This document shows positions 26,310 to 35,960 of a stretch of DNA of 64,000 nt, one piece after another (positions within the stretch are counted from its first letter, which is position 1; the number at the start of each line of letters is the position of its first letter). This DNA is from an uncultured Bacteroidaceae bacterium (GTDB lineage Bacteria; Bacillota; Clostridia; Christensenellales; CAG-917). The DNA lies in the NCBI GenBank assembly GCA_964550635.1, contig CAZJZV010000001.1, positions 5,754 to 69,753 of the forward strand, in the 5' to 3' direction. The translations under genes were made by a program, and so were the position numbers. The notes under the pieces are model-generated. The model had not been told where the DNA came from. It saw only the letters and a list, made by a program, of their open reading frames with translations, and searched no databases.

Positions 26310-28004
26310 ATGATAAAAAGTCTTGCTATCACCAATATCGCGCTCATTGACAAACTCGAAGTGGAGTTTGGCGATAAACTCAACGTTTTGAGCGGCGAAA
26401 CGGGCGCGGGTAAATCTATCATTATAGATTCCGTCGGCTTCGTGCTTGGTGATAGGGCGGACAAATCTTTGATACGTTACGGCACGGATTTCGCAGTCGT
26501 TGAAGCGGTTTTTGAAAACTACGAAACGGATAGCGTCAACGACTGCCTTGACGAAAACGGTATCGACAAAGAAGAAATCCTAATACTTCGTAGAAAAATG
26601 ACCGTGGACGGCAAAAACGAATGCCGTATCAACGGAAGAATTACCACTCTTGCGACTTTGCGCGGACTCACTGCACTTCTTGTGGATATTCACGGACAAC
26701 ACGAGCATCAATCTTTGCTCGACTCGTCCACTCATCTCGGACTTCTCGACAGTTTGGGTGGGGGCAAGATTGACGACGTGAAAGCGGAAGTCAGACGTAT
26801 TCACTCATCCTACGTCGAACTCAAACGTGAACTCGGCGCAATCGGAAATCAGGCGGACAGAGAAAGAAAACTCGACGTTTTGTCCTATCAGATTGCCGAA
26901 ATCGAAAAAGCGGACGTCAAAGAAGGGGAAGAAGAAGAACTCCTTGAGAAAAGAAAACGTATCCGCAATCTCGAAAAAATACTCGACGCTCTTCAAAGTG
27001 CGAAAGAACTGCTCGACGGCTATGAATCGACCGCGGTTTCAAGTGCACTGAAAACCACTATTGCCACTCTCAATCTCATTTCTCAATACGATAATCGCAT
27101 CGAAGGACTCAACGAGCGTTTGTACGACGCAAGAGAAGAAGTTATCGACGTTGCGGAAACCGTCAAAGACTTCTTGAACGAACTCGACTACGACAAATTC
27201 AGTGCGGACGAAATTGAATCTCGACTTGAAATCGTGCGCGGAATGCAAAGAAAATACGGCGGAAGTTATCAAAGTCTGACCGAATTTTACGAGAAGGCAA
27301 AGGAAGAATATTCTATCCTTGAAAATTCCGCAGAGAGAGTGGAATATCTTGAAAAAGAGATTTCAAAAACCGCAAAATCTCTCGTATCGTCTGCTCAAAA
27401 ACTCACGGATATTCGTGAAAAAATCGCTAAATCCTTTGAAAAGAGCATACTATCCGAACTCAAAGATCTCGGAATGGGCGGTAGCACGTTCAAAGTCGGT
27501 ATCACGTCGACGGACGATCCCGATGATATATCCGAAACCGGCGCGGACGTCGTTGAATTTTTGATTTCACCGAACCCCGGCGAGCCGTTGAAACCCCTTG
27601 CAAAAATCATTTCAGGCGGTGAAATGTCGAGATTTATGCTTGCTCTCAAGAACATTCTTGCGGACGTTGACGGCATAGGAACTATGATTTTCGACGAGAT
27701 AGACACTGGAATTTCAGGCAATATATCAGCAGTCGTCGCAGAGAAAATGTGCAACGTATCAAGAAAACGTCAAGTCATCGCAGTTACGCATATGCCTGCA
27801 CTCGCATCCATGGCGGATACACACTATTTGATTGCCAAATCCACCGAAAACGGCAAAACGCACACTCATCTCGACCTTCTTGAAAACAACGTTGAAGAGA
27901 TTGCAAGACTGCTTGGCGGAAAAGATTACTCAACACACGCAATACCGCACGCGGTTGAAATGCAAAATTGGGCAAACGAATACAAAACGTCCATTGAAAA
28001 GTAA
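26310..28004 (+). CDS. recN: DNA repair protein RecN
   Basis: 564 aa. Walker A GETGAGKS, long coiled coil, and C-terminal signature SGGEMSRFMLAL ... IFDEIDTGISG. Confidence 0.94.
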   Translation: MIKSLAITNIALIDKLEVEFGDKLNVLSGETGAGKSIIIDSVGFVLGDRADKSLIRYGTDFAVVEAVFENYETDSVNDCLDENGIDKEEILILRRKMTVDGKNECRINGRITTLATLRGLTALLVDIHGQHEHQSLLDSSTHLGLLDSLGGGKIDDVKAEVRRIHSSYVELKRELGAIGNQADRERKLDVLSYQIAEIEKADVKEGEEEELLEKRKRIRNLEKILDALQSAKELLDGYESTAVSSALKTTIATLNLISQYDNRIEGLNERLYDAREEVIDVAETVKDFLNELDYDKFSADEIESRLEIVRGMQRKYGGSYQSLTEFYEKAKEEYSILENSAERVEYLEKEISKTAKSLVSSAQKLTDIREKIAKSFEKSILSELKDLGMGGSTFKVGITSTDDPDDISETGADVVEFLISPNPGEPLKPLAKIISGGEMSRFMLALKNILADVDGIGTMIFDEIDTGISGNISAVVAEKMCNVSRKRQVIAVTHMPALASMADTHYLIAKSTENGKTHTHLDLLENNVEEIARLLGGKDYSTHAIPHAVEMQNWANEYKTSIEK

Positions 28005-28076
28005 TCGGAGTTAATCAAGAATTTTGTTTATCAAACTCAATAATCAGATAGAATTTGCTTAAATCAAATATATTAT

Positions 28077-28104
28077 GCGGAGCAAAACGCTCCGCTATTT
28101 TTTA
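28077..28104 (+). terminator. Rho-independent terminator after recN
   Basis: Stem GCGGAGC/GCTCCGC followed by TATTTTTTA. Confidence 0.75.
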
Positions 28105-28165
28105 TCCGCGAATTAAAATTGCTTTTATTACATTAAAATCTATAATTATCAATCAAGTTTTTGTC

Positions 28166-28256
28166 GATAGATATGAATTGTAAATCAAAATTCGACTAAT
28201 AGATTATCGAATTGTTAATCAAAATCAGGTTGATAGATTACCGAATTGTCAAAATT
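28166..28256 (+). repeat. Three degenerate ~33-nt tandem repeats upstream of the rnpB promoter
   Basis: Units start at about 28166, 28198 and 28232. Core: GATAGAT(T)A(T/C)CGAATTGT(T/A)AATCAAAAT. Confidence 0.6.
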
Positions 28257-28281
28257 GTGCGACGTTTATATCCGTTTTCGC

Positions 28282-28310
28282 TTGCGCATTTTCCCCGTCC
28301 GTGCTAATAT
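28282..28310 (+). promoter_or_regulatory. Promoter of RNase P RNA
   Basis: TTGCGC-17 nt-TAATAT. The predicted start, about 7 nt downstream, coincides with the 5' end of the P1 stem. Confidence 0.55.
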
Positions 28311-28316
28311 GTCAAA

Positions 28317-28640
28317 GCAAGTTAGTCGGGCGGTCGCGGGGTAGAAATACCGTGAGGAAAGTCCGAGCATCATAGGGCAAGAGTGCAGGTGAAATACCTG
28401 TGAAGGCGACTTTAAGGATAGTGCAACAGAAAAATACCGCCCGCAAAGGGTAAGGATGGAAAGGCGAGGTAAGAGCTCACCCGCAAATCGGTGACGAGGC
28501 GCGATGTAAACCCCACTCGATGCAAGACCGGAGCATATAGGATTGCCCGTCCGCTCCACACGTCGCTTGATCGATACGGCAACGTATCGGCTAGATAGAT
28601 GGCCGTCCAAGACAGAACTCGGCTTACAGACTAATCTTGC
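28317..28640 (+). ncRNA. rnpB: RNase P RNA, bacterial type A
   Basis: Universal GAGGAAAGTCCG. Also AGGGCA, GTGCAACAGAAA, GGTAAGAGCTCACC and the 3' ACAGAACTCGGCTTACAG. The P1 stem pairs GCAAGTTAGTC (28317) with GACTAATCTTGC (to 28640). Confidence 0.93.
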
Positions 28641-28667
28641 AAACGCTCGAAAGGGCGTTTTTATTTT
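28641..28667 (+). terminator. Terminator after rnpB
   Basis: Stem AAACGC/GCGTTT with an 8-nt loop, followed by TTTATTTT. Confidence 0.65.
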
Positions 28668-28676
28668 GCTCGATTT

Positions 28677-30104
28677 ATGCTTAAAAACTCACTGCTTGGC
28701 AAGAATAACGGTATGGAATATCTGATTGCAAGCGTTCTCACGCTAATATTTTTAGCGGTTTATATAATCACGAAACGCAAACCGCGGGAGCATTTTACTC
28801 ATACGCTAAACGATGAAAAATACACCGAAACGTGCGGTCTAACCGCACGAAAATTCGGGCAAGCAAGTGAAAGCGGCAAGTGTCAATACGACGGCAAACC
28901 GTTTTACAAGACGATAAAAAAGGCAATGAAAGTCTGCAAGAAGTCGAAATGTGAAGATTTTCGTGAGTTTTTGCCGTATTTTGAATTTGCAAAAAACGTG
29001 GCAAAAAAGAATAAAACCTTTGAAACTCTTTGCGATCTACCTTGCGTAGACGATGAAACAAGGGTAGTTACAATGGCGAGATTATGCCTTGAGAGTTGCG
29101 ATTTTATGTTGATTGAAGACAAAGTCGCAACTGTATTTAACGATTTCAATAAAATTAGCACCGTGAGTTTTCCCGAAGTTGACTTGATGAAAGACGGATT
29201 TTTGTACGTATATCTTGAAAAAGCCGCGTTTCTTGGCAAAAGACTTATCACGCTTGACAAAATTCACAAAATCGCAAAGAAAATCTCGACAAATCCAAAA
29301 CGTTTTGAAAAATCTAAACAATATCTGCGCCTGAAAGATAACAACGTGTTTTTGCATTTCTCGTCAAACGAGAGAGAGGAGAGCGTGCAAATTGCGGACG
29401 CAGTCTATCTCGACGTGCTAAATTCTACGAAAAGAGTGCTATCTAATATCGCGGACGGAATAAACTCGCTCGACCTGTTTTCATTCTATCGGTTTTATCG
29501 TCCGCTTGAAATTCTCGAGGGCTACGACGTATTCAAAAACGCGAACAACGTGGCAAAGAAAGAATTTTTGAAAAACTTGAGTTGTCAATCGACAAAACTA
29601 AATCTTGACGAATATTGCTACACGCTCGTGATTGACGGATATATGAAAAGGGTAGCACCGCCCGCGATAACCGCGAAAAAAGTGGGTTTAGGTGTCGGCA
29701 CGATTTTCACGCTATACAAGAAAAACGATATGCTTACTCTTGCAAGCGCATTATCGTCAAACGAAATGATGTCAATTTTGTACTTGAACCCGCAGAAAAA
29801 CGAGAAAAGTATTCTACAAAATGTCAAAATCAAGAATACTTTTGCGCCTTACACACAACAAAAGACGGTGAAATTCGGCATTTCTATCGGAAACGACAAC
29901 TTGACTTTGTCACCGTCAATTCCGTCTGATTTTGCCAAAATCGAATTTGATTTGCTCTCAAAAGGCATCTCTCATCATATCACCATATTGCCATCCGACA
30001 ATAAAATTTTGTCCGTAAACGGCACGGTTATGACGGGTGTGCCTTGCGTGAAACTCGGAAAAATTCCTTTGAAAATCGTCTTAAAAACACCGTTTTCAGA
30101 GTAA
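28677..30104 (+). CDS. Hypothetical membrane-anchored protein (orphan)
   Basis: 475 aa with one N-terminal TM helix (YLIASVLTLIFLAVYII). No SD at 28677; an alternative ATG is at 28713. I recognised no catalytic motif. There is a weak by-eye resemblance to the N-terminal region of clostridial GH94/cyclic-glucan-synthase-like proteins. Confidence 0.6.
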   Translation: MLKNSLLGKNNGMEYLIASVLTLIFLAVYIITKRKPREHFTHTLNDEKYTETCGLTARKFGQASESGKCQYDGKPFYKTIKKAMKVCKKSKCEDFREFLPYFEFAKNVAKKNKTFETLCDLPCVDDETRVVTMARLCLESCDFMLIEDKVATVFNDFNKISTVSFPEVDLMKDGFLYVYLEKAAFLGKRLITLDKIHKIAKKISTNPKRFEKSKQYLRLKDNNVFLHFSSNEREESVQIADAVYLDVLNSTKRVLSNIADGINSLDLFSFYRFYRPLEILEGYDVFKNANNVAKKEFLKNLSCQSTKLNLDEYCYTLVIDGYMKRVAPPAITAKKVGLGVGTIFTLYKKNDMLTLASALSSNEMMSILYLNPQKNEKSILQNVKIKNTFAPYTQQKTVKFGISIGNDNLTLSPSIPSDFAKIEFDLLSKGISHHITILPSDNKILSVNGTVMTGVPCVKLGKIPLKIVLKTPFSE

Positions 30105-30301
30105 TCGCAACGATTGTAACGAAGTCAACTTGTTGGTTTTTCGTAAAAACATATGACGTTTTTTCATTTTGTTACAGTCGAAATCGTGAGAAGTCAAAAA
30201 AGCGATTGCAAACGGCATAAATTTTCCGACACTTTCAAGCAATATTCCGCTTTTTAAAAATCTTTTCTTTACTTTTTCATAAAAAGATTTATAATCTATT
30301 T

Positions 30302-31606
30302 ATGGACTTATTCGATTTGCAAAACAACGTTGAAAGAATGGCACCCCTTGCCGAAAGAATGCGCCCTCAAACTCTCGATGAGTTTATCGGGCAGTCTAAA
30401 ATCGTCGGTCAAGGCTCGTTGCTTCGTAGAGCAATCTCCGCAGATAGACTCGGAAGTTGCATTTTTTACGGTCCTCCCGGCACGGGAAAGACCACTCTTG
30501 CGCATATAATTGCTCAAAATACCAACGCAAACTTCGTCAAACTCAATGCGGTTACCGCAGGCGTTGCGGACGCTAAAAAGGTCATAGAAGATGCGAAAGA
30601 GTTGCTCCGAGTGTACGGAAAGCGCACTTATCTTCTCCTTGACGAATGCCATAGGTGGAATAAAGCGCAGTCTGATAGCGTCCTTCAGGCAATCGAGCAA
30701 GGGTATATAATCTTCATCGGCTCCACGACTGAAAATCCGTATGCGAATATGACGAGAGCAATCGTGTCAAGGTGCCGTGTTTTCGAGTTTTCAAGGCTCA
30801 CGGATAAGGATATTCTCGGCGGACTTCAACACGCACTCAAAAACAAAGAGCGCGGTCTTGGCGATATGAACGTGCAAGTCGACGACGATGCGCTCAATCA
30901 TCTTGCTTGGGCATCGGGCGGGGATATGAGAACGGCATTGAATGCGCTCGAACTTGCTGTCATAACCACTCCCGCATCCGCAGACGGCATAATACACGTC
31001 AATAAGACGGTGGCGGAGCAGTCCATACAGAGAAAGGCTCTCGGATTTGACGAGAGTATGTATTACGATATAATCTCCGCTTTCATCAAGAGTATGCGCG
31101 GTAGCGACTCTGATGCGGCGGTTTATTGGGCGGAACGACTCATCGAAGCAGGTTGCGATCCTATGCTCATTGCAAGACGAATCGTCATTCACGCGGCGGA
31201 AGACGTCGGAATGGCGGATCCAAACGCACTCGTCGTTGCGGTTTCCGCAATGAACGCATACGAAAAAATCGGCTTACCCGAAGGCAGAATACCGCTCACG
31301 GAAGGGATAATTTACGTGGCGGAAGCACCGAAATCAAATCGCGTCGAAGTCGCTCTCGTGAAAGCGGAAGAAGCGGTGAAAACCGTCAAACGCGAATCCG
31401 TCCCCATTTATCTGCGCGACCACAACTACAAAGGAGAAGTCATAAGCGGATACAAATACCCACACGATTTCGGCGGTTGGGTAGACCAACAATATCTTCC
31501 CGACGAATTGAAGTCCGCAGTGTTCTACGAGCCCACCGAAAACGGCTTTGAAAAGGTCGTCAAAGAGAGAAAAGCACAACGCAAATCGAAATTCAAACCA
31601 CAATAA
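30302..31606 (+). CDS. rarA: Replication-associated recombination protein A (AAA+ ATPase)
   Basis: 434 aa. Contains RPQTLDEFIGQ, Walker A GPPGTGKTT, Walker B LLLDECHR, and a MgsA C-terminal domain (YYDIISAFIKSMRGSD.DAA.YW). Confidence 0.93.
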   Translation: MDLFDLQNNVERMAPLAERMRPQTLDEFIGQSKIVGQGSLLRRAISADRLGSCIFYGPPGTGKTTLAHIIAQNTNANFVKLNAVTAGVADAKKVIEDAKELLRVYGKRTYLLLDECHRWNKAQSDSVLQAIEQGYIIFIGSTTENPYANMTRAIVSRCRVFEFSRLTDKDILGGLQHALKNKERGLGDMNVQVDDDALNHLAWASGGDMRTALNALELAVITTPASADGIIHVNKTVAEQSIQRKALGFDESMYYDIISAFIKSMRGSDSDAAVYWAERLIEAGCDPMLIARRIVIHAAEDVGMADPNALVVAVSAMNAYEKIGLPEGRIPLTEGIIYVAEAPKSNRVEVALVKAEEAVKTVKRESVPIYLRDHNYKGEVISGYKYPHDFGGWVDQQYLPDELKSAVFYEPTENGFEKVVKERKAQRKSKFKPQ

Positions 31607-32346
31607 TGCTAAAAATCAACAATCTAACAAAATCCTATTCGGGCAGTTCAATTCCTGCCGTAAACAATCTCACGCTCACCGTAAACCCCGGTGAAATCTT
31701 TGGTTTTATCGGACCGAACGGCGCGGGAAAATCGACTACGATTAAGTGTATCACCGGGATTTTGTCCTTCGACGACGGGAATATCCAAGTGAACGGAGTT
31801 GATTTGAAATCGTCCCCAATCGAAGCAAAAAAACAAATCGGTTACGTATCCGACGACCACGTTATCTACGAAAGATTGACGGGAGCGGAATATCTCAATT
31901 TTATGACGAACGTCTTTGACGTTCCCGAATATGAAAGAAAAGAGCGTATCGACCGCTATTTGAAACTTTTCGACCTTGAAAAGGCGATAAACGACCAAAT
32001 CAAGAGTTATTCCCACGGTATGAAACAAAAACTCAACGTTATCGGCGCACTCGTGCACGAGCCGAAACTTTGGATTTTGGACGAACCGCTCACGGGACTA
32101 GACCCTAAATCCGCCTACACGCTCAAAAAACTTATGCGCGAATACGCGGAAAAAGGCAATAGCGTATTTTTCAGTTCACACGTACTCGACGTCGTGGAAA
32201 AGGTCTGCGACAGAGTAGGAATAATCGACGGCGGAAATTTGATCACCGTTTGCACCGTTTCCGAACTTCACGAAAGCGGACTTTCAAAATCTCTCGAAGA
32301 ATTGTTCTTGCAAATTACGTCAGACGACGAAAACGCCGATGAGTAA
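31606..32346 (+). CDS. ABC transporter ATP-binding protein
   Basis: 246 aa. Walker A GPNGAGKST, signature-like YSHGMKQKL, and Walker B LWILDEP. Confidence 0.9.
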   Translation: MLKINNLTKSYSGSSIPAVNNLTLTVNPGEIFGFIGPNGAGKSTTIKCITGILSFDDGNIQVNGVDLKSSPIEAKKQIGYVSDDHVIYERLTGAEYLNFMTNVFDVPEYERKERIDRYLKLFDLEKAINDQIKSYSHGMKQKLNVIGALVHEPKLWILDEPLTGLDPKSAYTLKKLMREYAEKGNSVFFSSHVLDVVEKVCDRVGIIDGGNLITVCTVSELHESGLSKSLEELFLQITSDDENADE

Positions 32347-34057
32347 GTATCTGCTAGTATTCAAACTACTGCTGAAAAACCAGTACAGTGTGCGTAAAGA
32401 AGGCAAGAAAATCGTCGCTCCTGTCGTCGGCACTCTTTCAACGTTACCACTCATGGCGGTGATTTGCGTTATGTTGTACACACTCACTCAAACGGCAGTG
32501 GAAAAGGGGATATTTCCGCATGCGGTAACTTTGATTGTTGCATCTGCGCAAGTGATAACGTTTTTCTTTGCGGTGCACGGCGTGCTATCTACACTCTACC
32601 TATCCGACGATGCGGGATTTTTATCGTCGTTGCCGGTGTCGCCGACCGTCGTTTACTTCGCTAAAATCTCCGTCGTCTACGTCAACGAACTCATCATCTC
32701 GACATACGTGTTGTTGCCGTCTTTGCTCACCGTAGCACTGACCGCGTCATCATGCGGATATTACGTGTTTCCCGCATTCTATCCGCTTATTTTGCCCATT
32801 ATACTTCTGACACCGATACTTCCTTTGGCAATCGCGTCTATCGTTTCTATGCCGCTTATGTACCTGTCGAAATTCTTCAAAAAGAGAAGTGTTGTAGGGA
32901 CGGTTGTATTGCTTATTTTGTTCTGCGCTTTATTCTCGATATACTTCGTCGCAGTCCCCGAAATCGCAAACGCGGAAAACTTGTCGAATTTGTCAAGCGG
33001 CACTATTTCCGCAATCGTTAGAATTGCTAATATCGCATATCCCGATAAGGTGGTAGTCTACTTTTCTCTCGGCATAAATCCGTGGGTAAATTTGGGAATA
33101 ACGATAGGAATATACGGCGGATTGATTTTGCTCATCTCGCTCATCTCGAAAGCGTTTTATGCAAGAGCGGTATCCGCTCAAATCGAAACAAGCAAAAAGT
33201 CGTCCGCAAAATCAAAAGAACTCAAAACAAGGTCGCATTTATCCGCACTTTTGGAGAGAGATTTCAAGTCGCTAGTGCGTTATCCGGGGCTAGCGTTGTC
33301 GTCGTTTATGAACGTGATACTCTCGCCTATTATGCTAATCGTGACTTATCTTGCGACGGACAACGAGAGTTACACAATGCTTCTATCCGCAGAAGAGAGC
33401 GGAAACGTGCTTATACCTATGGTGCAAACGGGAGTTGCATTCCTGTATTCCATACTCTTAAATTCGGGCATAAATGCAAGCGCAACCCTTGCTTTCAGTC
33501 GGGACGGCAAAACCTATTATCTAATGAAACACCTGCCTATAAAACCTAACGAAATCATCTTTGAAAAGGTTGTATTTGCAAATATCGTGTCGGCGGTAGG
33601 AGTGGTGCTGCTCACGATTATTGCGGGGGCAGTGATGAAAGTAGGCGCGGTAAACGCCTTGCTTTTCGGTTTGGTTATGTTTATAATATCCACGGGGACT
33701 AACGCGTTTTCAATCTATATAGATATGCGAAAACCCAATCTCGACTGGAAAGACACGTCCGAATTGCAACGCGGAAATATGCTTATTATGGTGCCGTATC
33801 TCGTCTGCACTGCGCTTGCGATATTCATCATCGTGATAGCGAGCGTATTTTCGGCAATGGAGCCGATTTTTGGCAAAATCGGGACGTACGCACTGTTCTG
33901 GGGACTGACCGCACTCGTAGCGGTAATTATGGCGGTAGCGTTCAATCTACTACTCTTCAAGAAAGGGGAGAGTTTGTACGAAAAAATGAGCGAGAACAAG
34001 ACTACGCCAAAAAAGAAAAATCGAGAAATTCCGCTTTCCAACGGATTTTTGAAATAA
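32339..34057 (+). CDS. Multi-pass membrane protein, putative ABC exporter permease partner
   Basis: 572 aa with about 12 or more hydrophobic segments. It overlaps the ATPase stop by 8 nt, suggesting translational coupling. Confidence 0.75.
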   Translation: MSKYLLVFKLLLKNQYSVRKEGKKIVAPVVGTLSTLPLMAVICVMLYTLTQTAVEKGIFPHAVTLIVASAQVITFFFAVHGVLSTLYLSDDAGFLSSLPVSPTVVYFAKISVVYVNELIISTYVLLPSLLTVALTASSCGYYVFPAFYPLILPIILLTPILPLAIASIVSMPLMYLSKFFKKRSVVGTVVLLILFCALFSIYFVAVPEIANAENLSNLSSGTISAIVRIANIAYPDKVVVYFSLGINPWVNLGITIGIYGGLILLISLISKAFYARAVSAQIETSKKSSAKSKELKTRSHLSALLERDFKSLVRYPGLALSSFMNVILSPIMLIVTYLATDNESYTMLLSAEESGNVLIPMVQTGVAFLYSILLNSGINASATLAFSRDGKTYYLMKHLPIKPNEIIFEKVVFANIVSAVGVVLLTIIAGAVMKVGAVNALLFGLVMFIISTGTNAFSIYIDMRKPNLDWKDTSELQRGNMLIMVPYLVCTALAIFIIVIASVFSAMEPIFGKIGTYALFWGLTALVAVIMAVAFNLLLFKKGESLYEKMSENKTTPKKKNREIPLSNGFLK

Positions 34058-34067
34058 CGGAGAAACT

Positions 34068-34496
34068 ATGAAAAGAAAAATCGCACTTGACGTCGGAGAC
34101 GTCAGAATAGGGGTAGCGGTCAGCGATATGTTGGGAATCACCGCAAATCCGAGAGAAACATACGTCAGAAAGGGCAAGACTTTCGAGCAGGATATTGCCT
34201 ATTTCGTTGAGTACGCAAAACGCGAAGACGCGGATGCATTCGTCCTTGGCCTTCCTCTCAATATGGACGGCACCGAAGGTCCGAGAGTGGAAGTCACGAG
34301 AGAGTTTGGGGACGCACTGAAAGAAGCGAGCGGACTTGACGTCGTTTACGTTGACGAAAGACTGACGACGGTATCCGCGGAAAGAATGCTAATCGAAGCG
34401 GACGTAAGGCGAGAAAAGAGAAAAACCGTCATCGACAAAGTGGCGGCAACGATAATTTTGCAATCCTATCTTGAAAAGCAAAAACCGCTATTCTAA
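34068..34496 (+). CDS. ruvX: Holliday-junction-resolvase-like / pre-16S rRNA nuclease YqgF (RuvX)
   Basis: 142 aa. Contains IALDVGDVRIGVAVSD and a DERLTT motif. Confidence 0.92.
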   Translation: MKRKIALDVGDVRIGVAVSDMLGITANPRETYVRKGKTFEQDIAYFVEYAKREDADAFVLGLPLNMDGTEGPRVEVTREFGDALKEASGLDVVYVDERLTTVSAERMLIEADVRREKRKTVIDKVAATIILQSYLEKQKPLF

Positions 34497-34572
34497 TCGG
34501 GTAAATTTAGCAAATTGGTAGGGTAGCGCAACGGCGGAAAACCGCTCGAAACACGGCGATAAATTATTGCTA

Positions 34573-34601
34573 TTGCATTTTGGCGCGTTTTATGCTAAAA
34601 T
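34573..34601 (+). promoter_or_regulatory. Sigma-A-type promoter for the DUF1292 gene
   Basis: TTGCAT-17 nt-TAAAAT with a TG extension. Confidence 0.5.
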
Positions 34602-34626
34602 CAATGAAAACAAAGGAGGTCTACTT

Positions 34627-34941
34627 ATGGCAGACTTTTTCAAAGACCAAAACGAAGCAACCGAAGACGACGATATTATCGTCCTTTATAACGAAGCAAC
34701 CGACAAAGACGAAGAGTTTTATGAACTTGCAACCCTTGACGTTGACGGCAAGTGGTATATCGTCATGAAACCCGTCGAGCCCCTTCCCGATATCGAAGAA
34801 GACGAAGTTCTCATCTATGAAATCGTCGAAGACAAAGAAGGCAACACCAATTTCGCAGCAATCGAAGACGACGAAGTGCTTGAAAAAGTCTTCAACGAAT
34901 TCTTGAAAATGCTCGAAGAATGGGACGGCGAAGAAGAGTAA
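34627..34941 (+). CDS. DUF1292 family protein (YrzB-like)
   Basis: 104 aa from MADFFKDQNE, preceded by AAAGGAGG. Acidic, with a typical ...EFYELATLDVDGKWYIVMKPV... core. The ORF-track start at 34567 lies upstream of the SD and promoter. Confidence 0.85.
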   Translation: MADFFKDQNEATEDDDIIVLYNEATDKDEEFYELATLDVDGKWYIVMKPVEPLPDIEEDEVLIYEIVEDKEGNTNFAAIEDDEVLEKVFNEFLKMLEEWDGEEE

Positions 34942-34996
34942 AATCGCTCTTCTCGCAAAATCCTTCATTTTTGCTTGAAAAAGTTGTTTATTTTTC

Positions 34997-35025
34997 TTGC
35001 AAAAAAATTATTTATATAATATAAT
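34997..35025 (+). promoter_or_regulatory. Sigma-A-type promoter for rpsB-tsf, followed by a ~95-nt GC-richer leader
   Basis: TTGCAA-17 nt-TATAAT. The leader (35030-35110) contains several short complementary segments (CCGC/GCGG, CGAC/GTCG). Confidence 0.5.
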
Positions 35026-35127
35026 CATCATCGCACCGCACACCTCGGCGGAGTTTAGGTTGTTCCGACAGGTAGCCTGAACGTCGAAGTCGGGGGAGGT
35101 AAAAAACAAATCAAGGAGGACCATAAA

Positions 35128-35934
35128 ATGGCCGTAACAACCATGAAAGCCCTGCTCGAAGCAGGCGTCCATTTCGGACATCAAACCAGAAGATGGAACC
35201 CTAAAATGTCTAGGTACATCTACGCAACCCGCAACGATATTCACATCATCGACCTCGCAATTTCCGTCGATCACGTCGAAGCGGCTTACCAATTCGTGAA
35301 GAGCATCGCTGCAGAAGGCAAATCAGTCCTTTTCGTCGGCACCAAAAAACAAGCTCAAGACGCCATCCAACAAGAAGCAGAACGTTGCGATATGTTCTAT
35401 ATCAACCAAAGATGGCTCGGTGGCACTCTCACCAACTTCAAAACCATTCGCACTCGTATTGACAGACTCAACAAAATCAATCAAAAAGAAATCATCGGCG
35501 AATTTGAAATGCTCCCCAAGAAAGAAGTCGCGGCACTCAAGAAAGAACGTGACGATCTCGAAAAGAACCTTGGCGGCATCAAAAATATGCGCGGTTTGCC
35601 CGGTTGCTTGTTCGTAGTCGACCTCAAGAAAGAAGAGATCGCAATCAAAGAAGCACGCAAACTCAATATCCCTATCGTCGCAGTCGTCGATACAAACTGT
35701 GACCCCGATCTCGTCGATTACGTCATCCCCGGAAACGACGATGCAATTCGTGCAATCCAACTCTTCGCATCCTTGATGGCGGACGCAGTCATCGAAGGCA
35801 AACAAGGCGAATCCTTCACCGCAGCAAAAGTTGAAGAACCCGCAGTCGAAGAAGCACCCGTCGCAAAAGAAGAAGTTGCTCTCTCTCCCGAAGAAGCCCT
35901 CGAAAAGGCAATCGCAGAGAAAGAAGCCGAATAA
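35128..35934 (+). CDS. rpsB: 30S ribosomal protein S2
   Basis: 268 aa. Contains [22 protein letters not shown], with an acidic C-terminal extension. Confidence 0.96.
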   Translation: MAVTTMKALLEAGVHFGHQTRRWNPKMSRYIYATRNDIHIIDLAISVDHVEAAYQFVKSIAAEGKSVLFVGTKKQAQDAIQQEAERCDMFYINQRWLGGTLTNFKTIRTRIDRLNKINQKEIIGEFEMLPKKEVAALKKERDDLEKNLGGIKNMRGLPGCLFVVDLKKEEIAIKEARKLNIPIVAVVDTNCDPDLVDYVIPGNDDAIRAIQLFASLMADAVIEGKQGESFTAAKVEEPAVEEAPVAKEEVALSPEEALEKAIAEKEAE

Positions 35935-35960
35935 TTCAGAAAAATTTTAGGAGAATATAT

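Noticed and set aside
28166-28256. Possibility that the tandem repeats here, at 42493-42560 and at 56116-56450 are CRISPR arrays.
   Set aside because: The units are degenerate, AT-rich and directly abutting or irregularly spaced, without unique spacers of constant length. There are no cas genes.
28266-28610. 114-aa minus-strand ORF.
   Set aside because: It lies entirely inside the RNase P RNA gene, whose conserved elements are on the + strand, so it is spurious.
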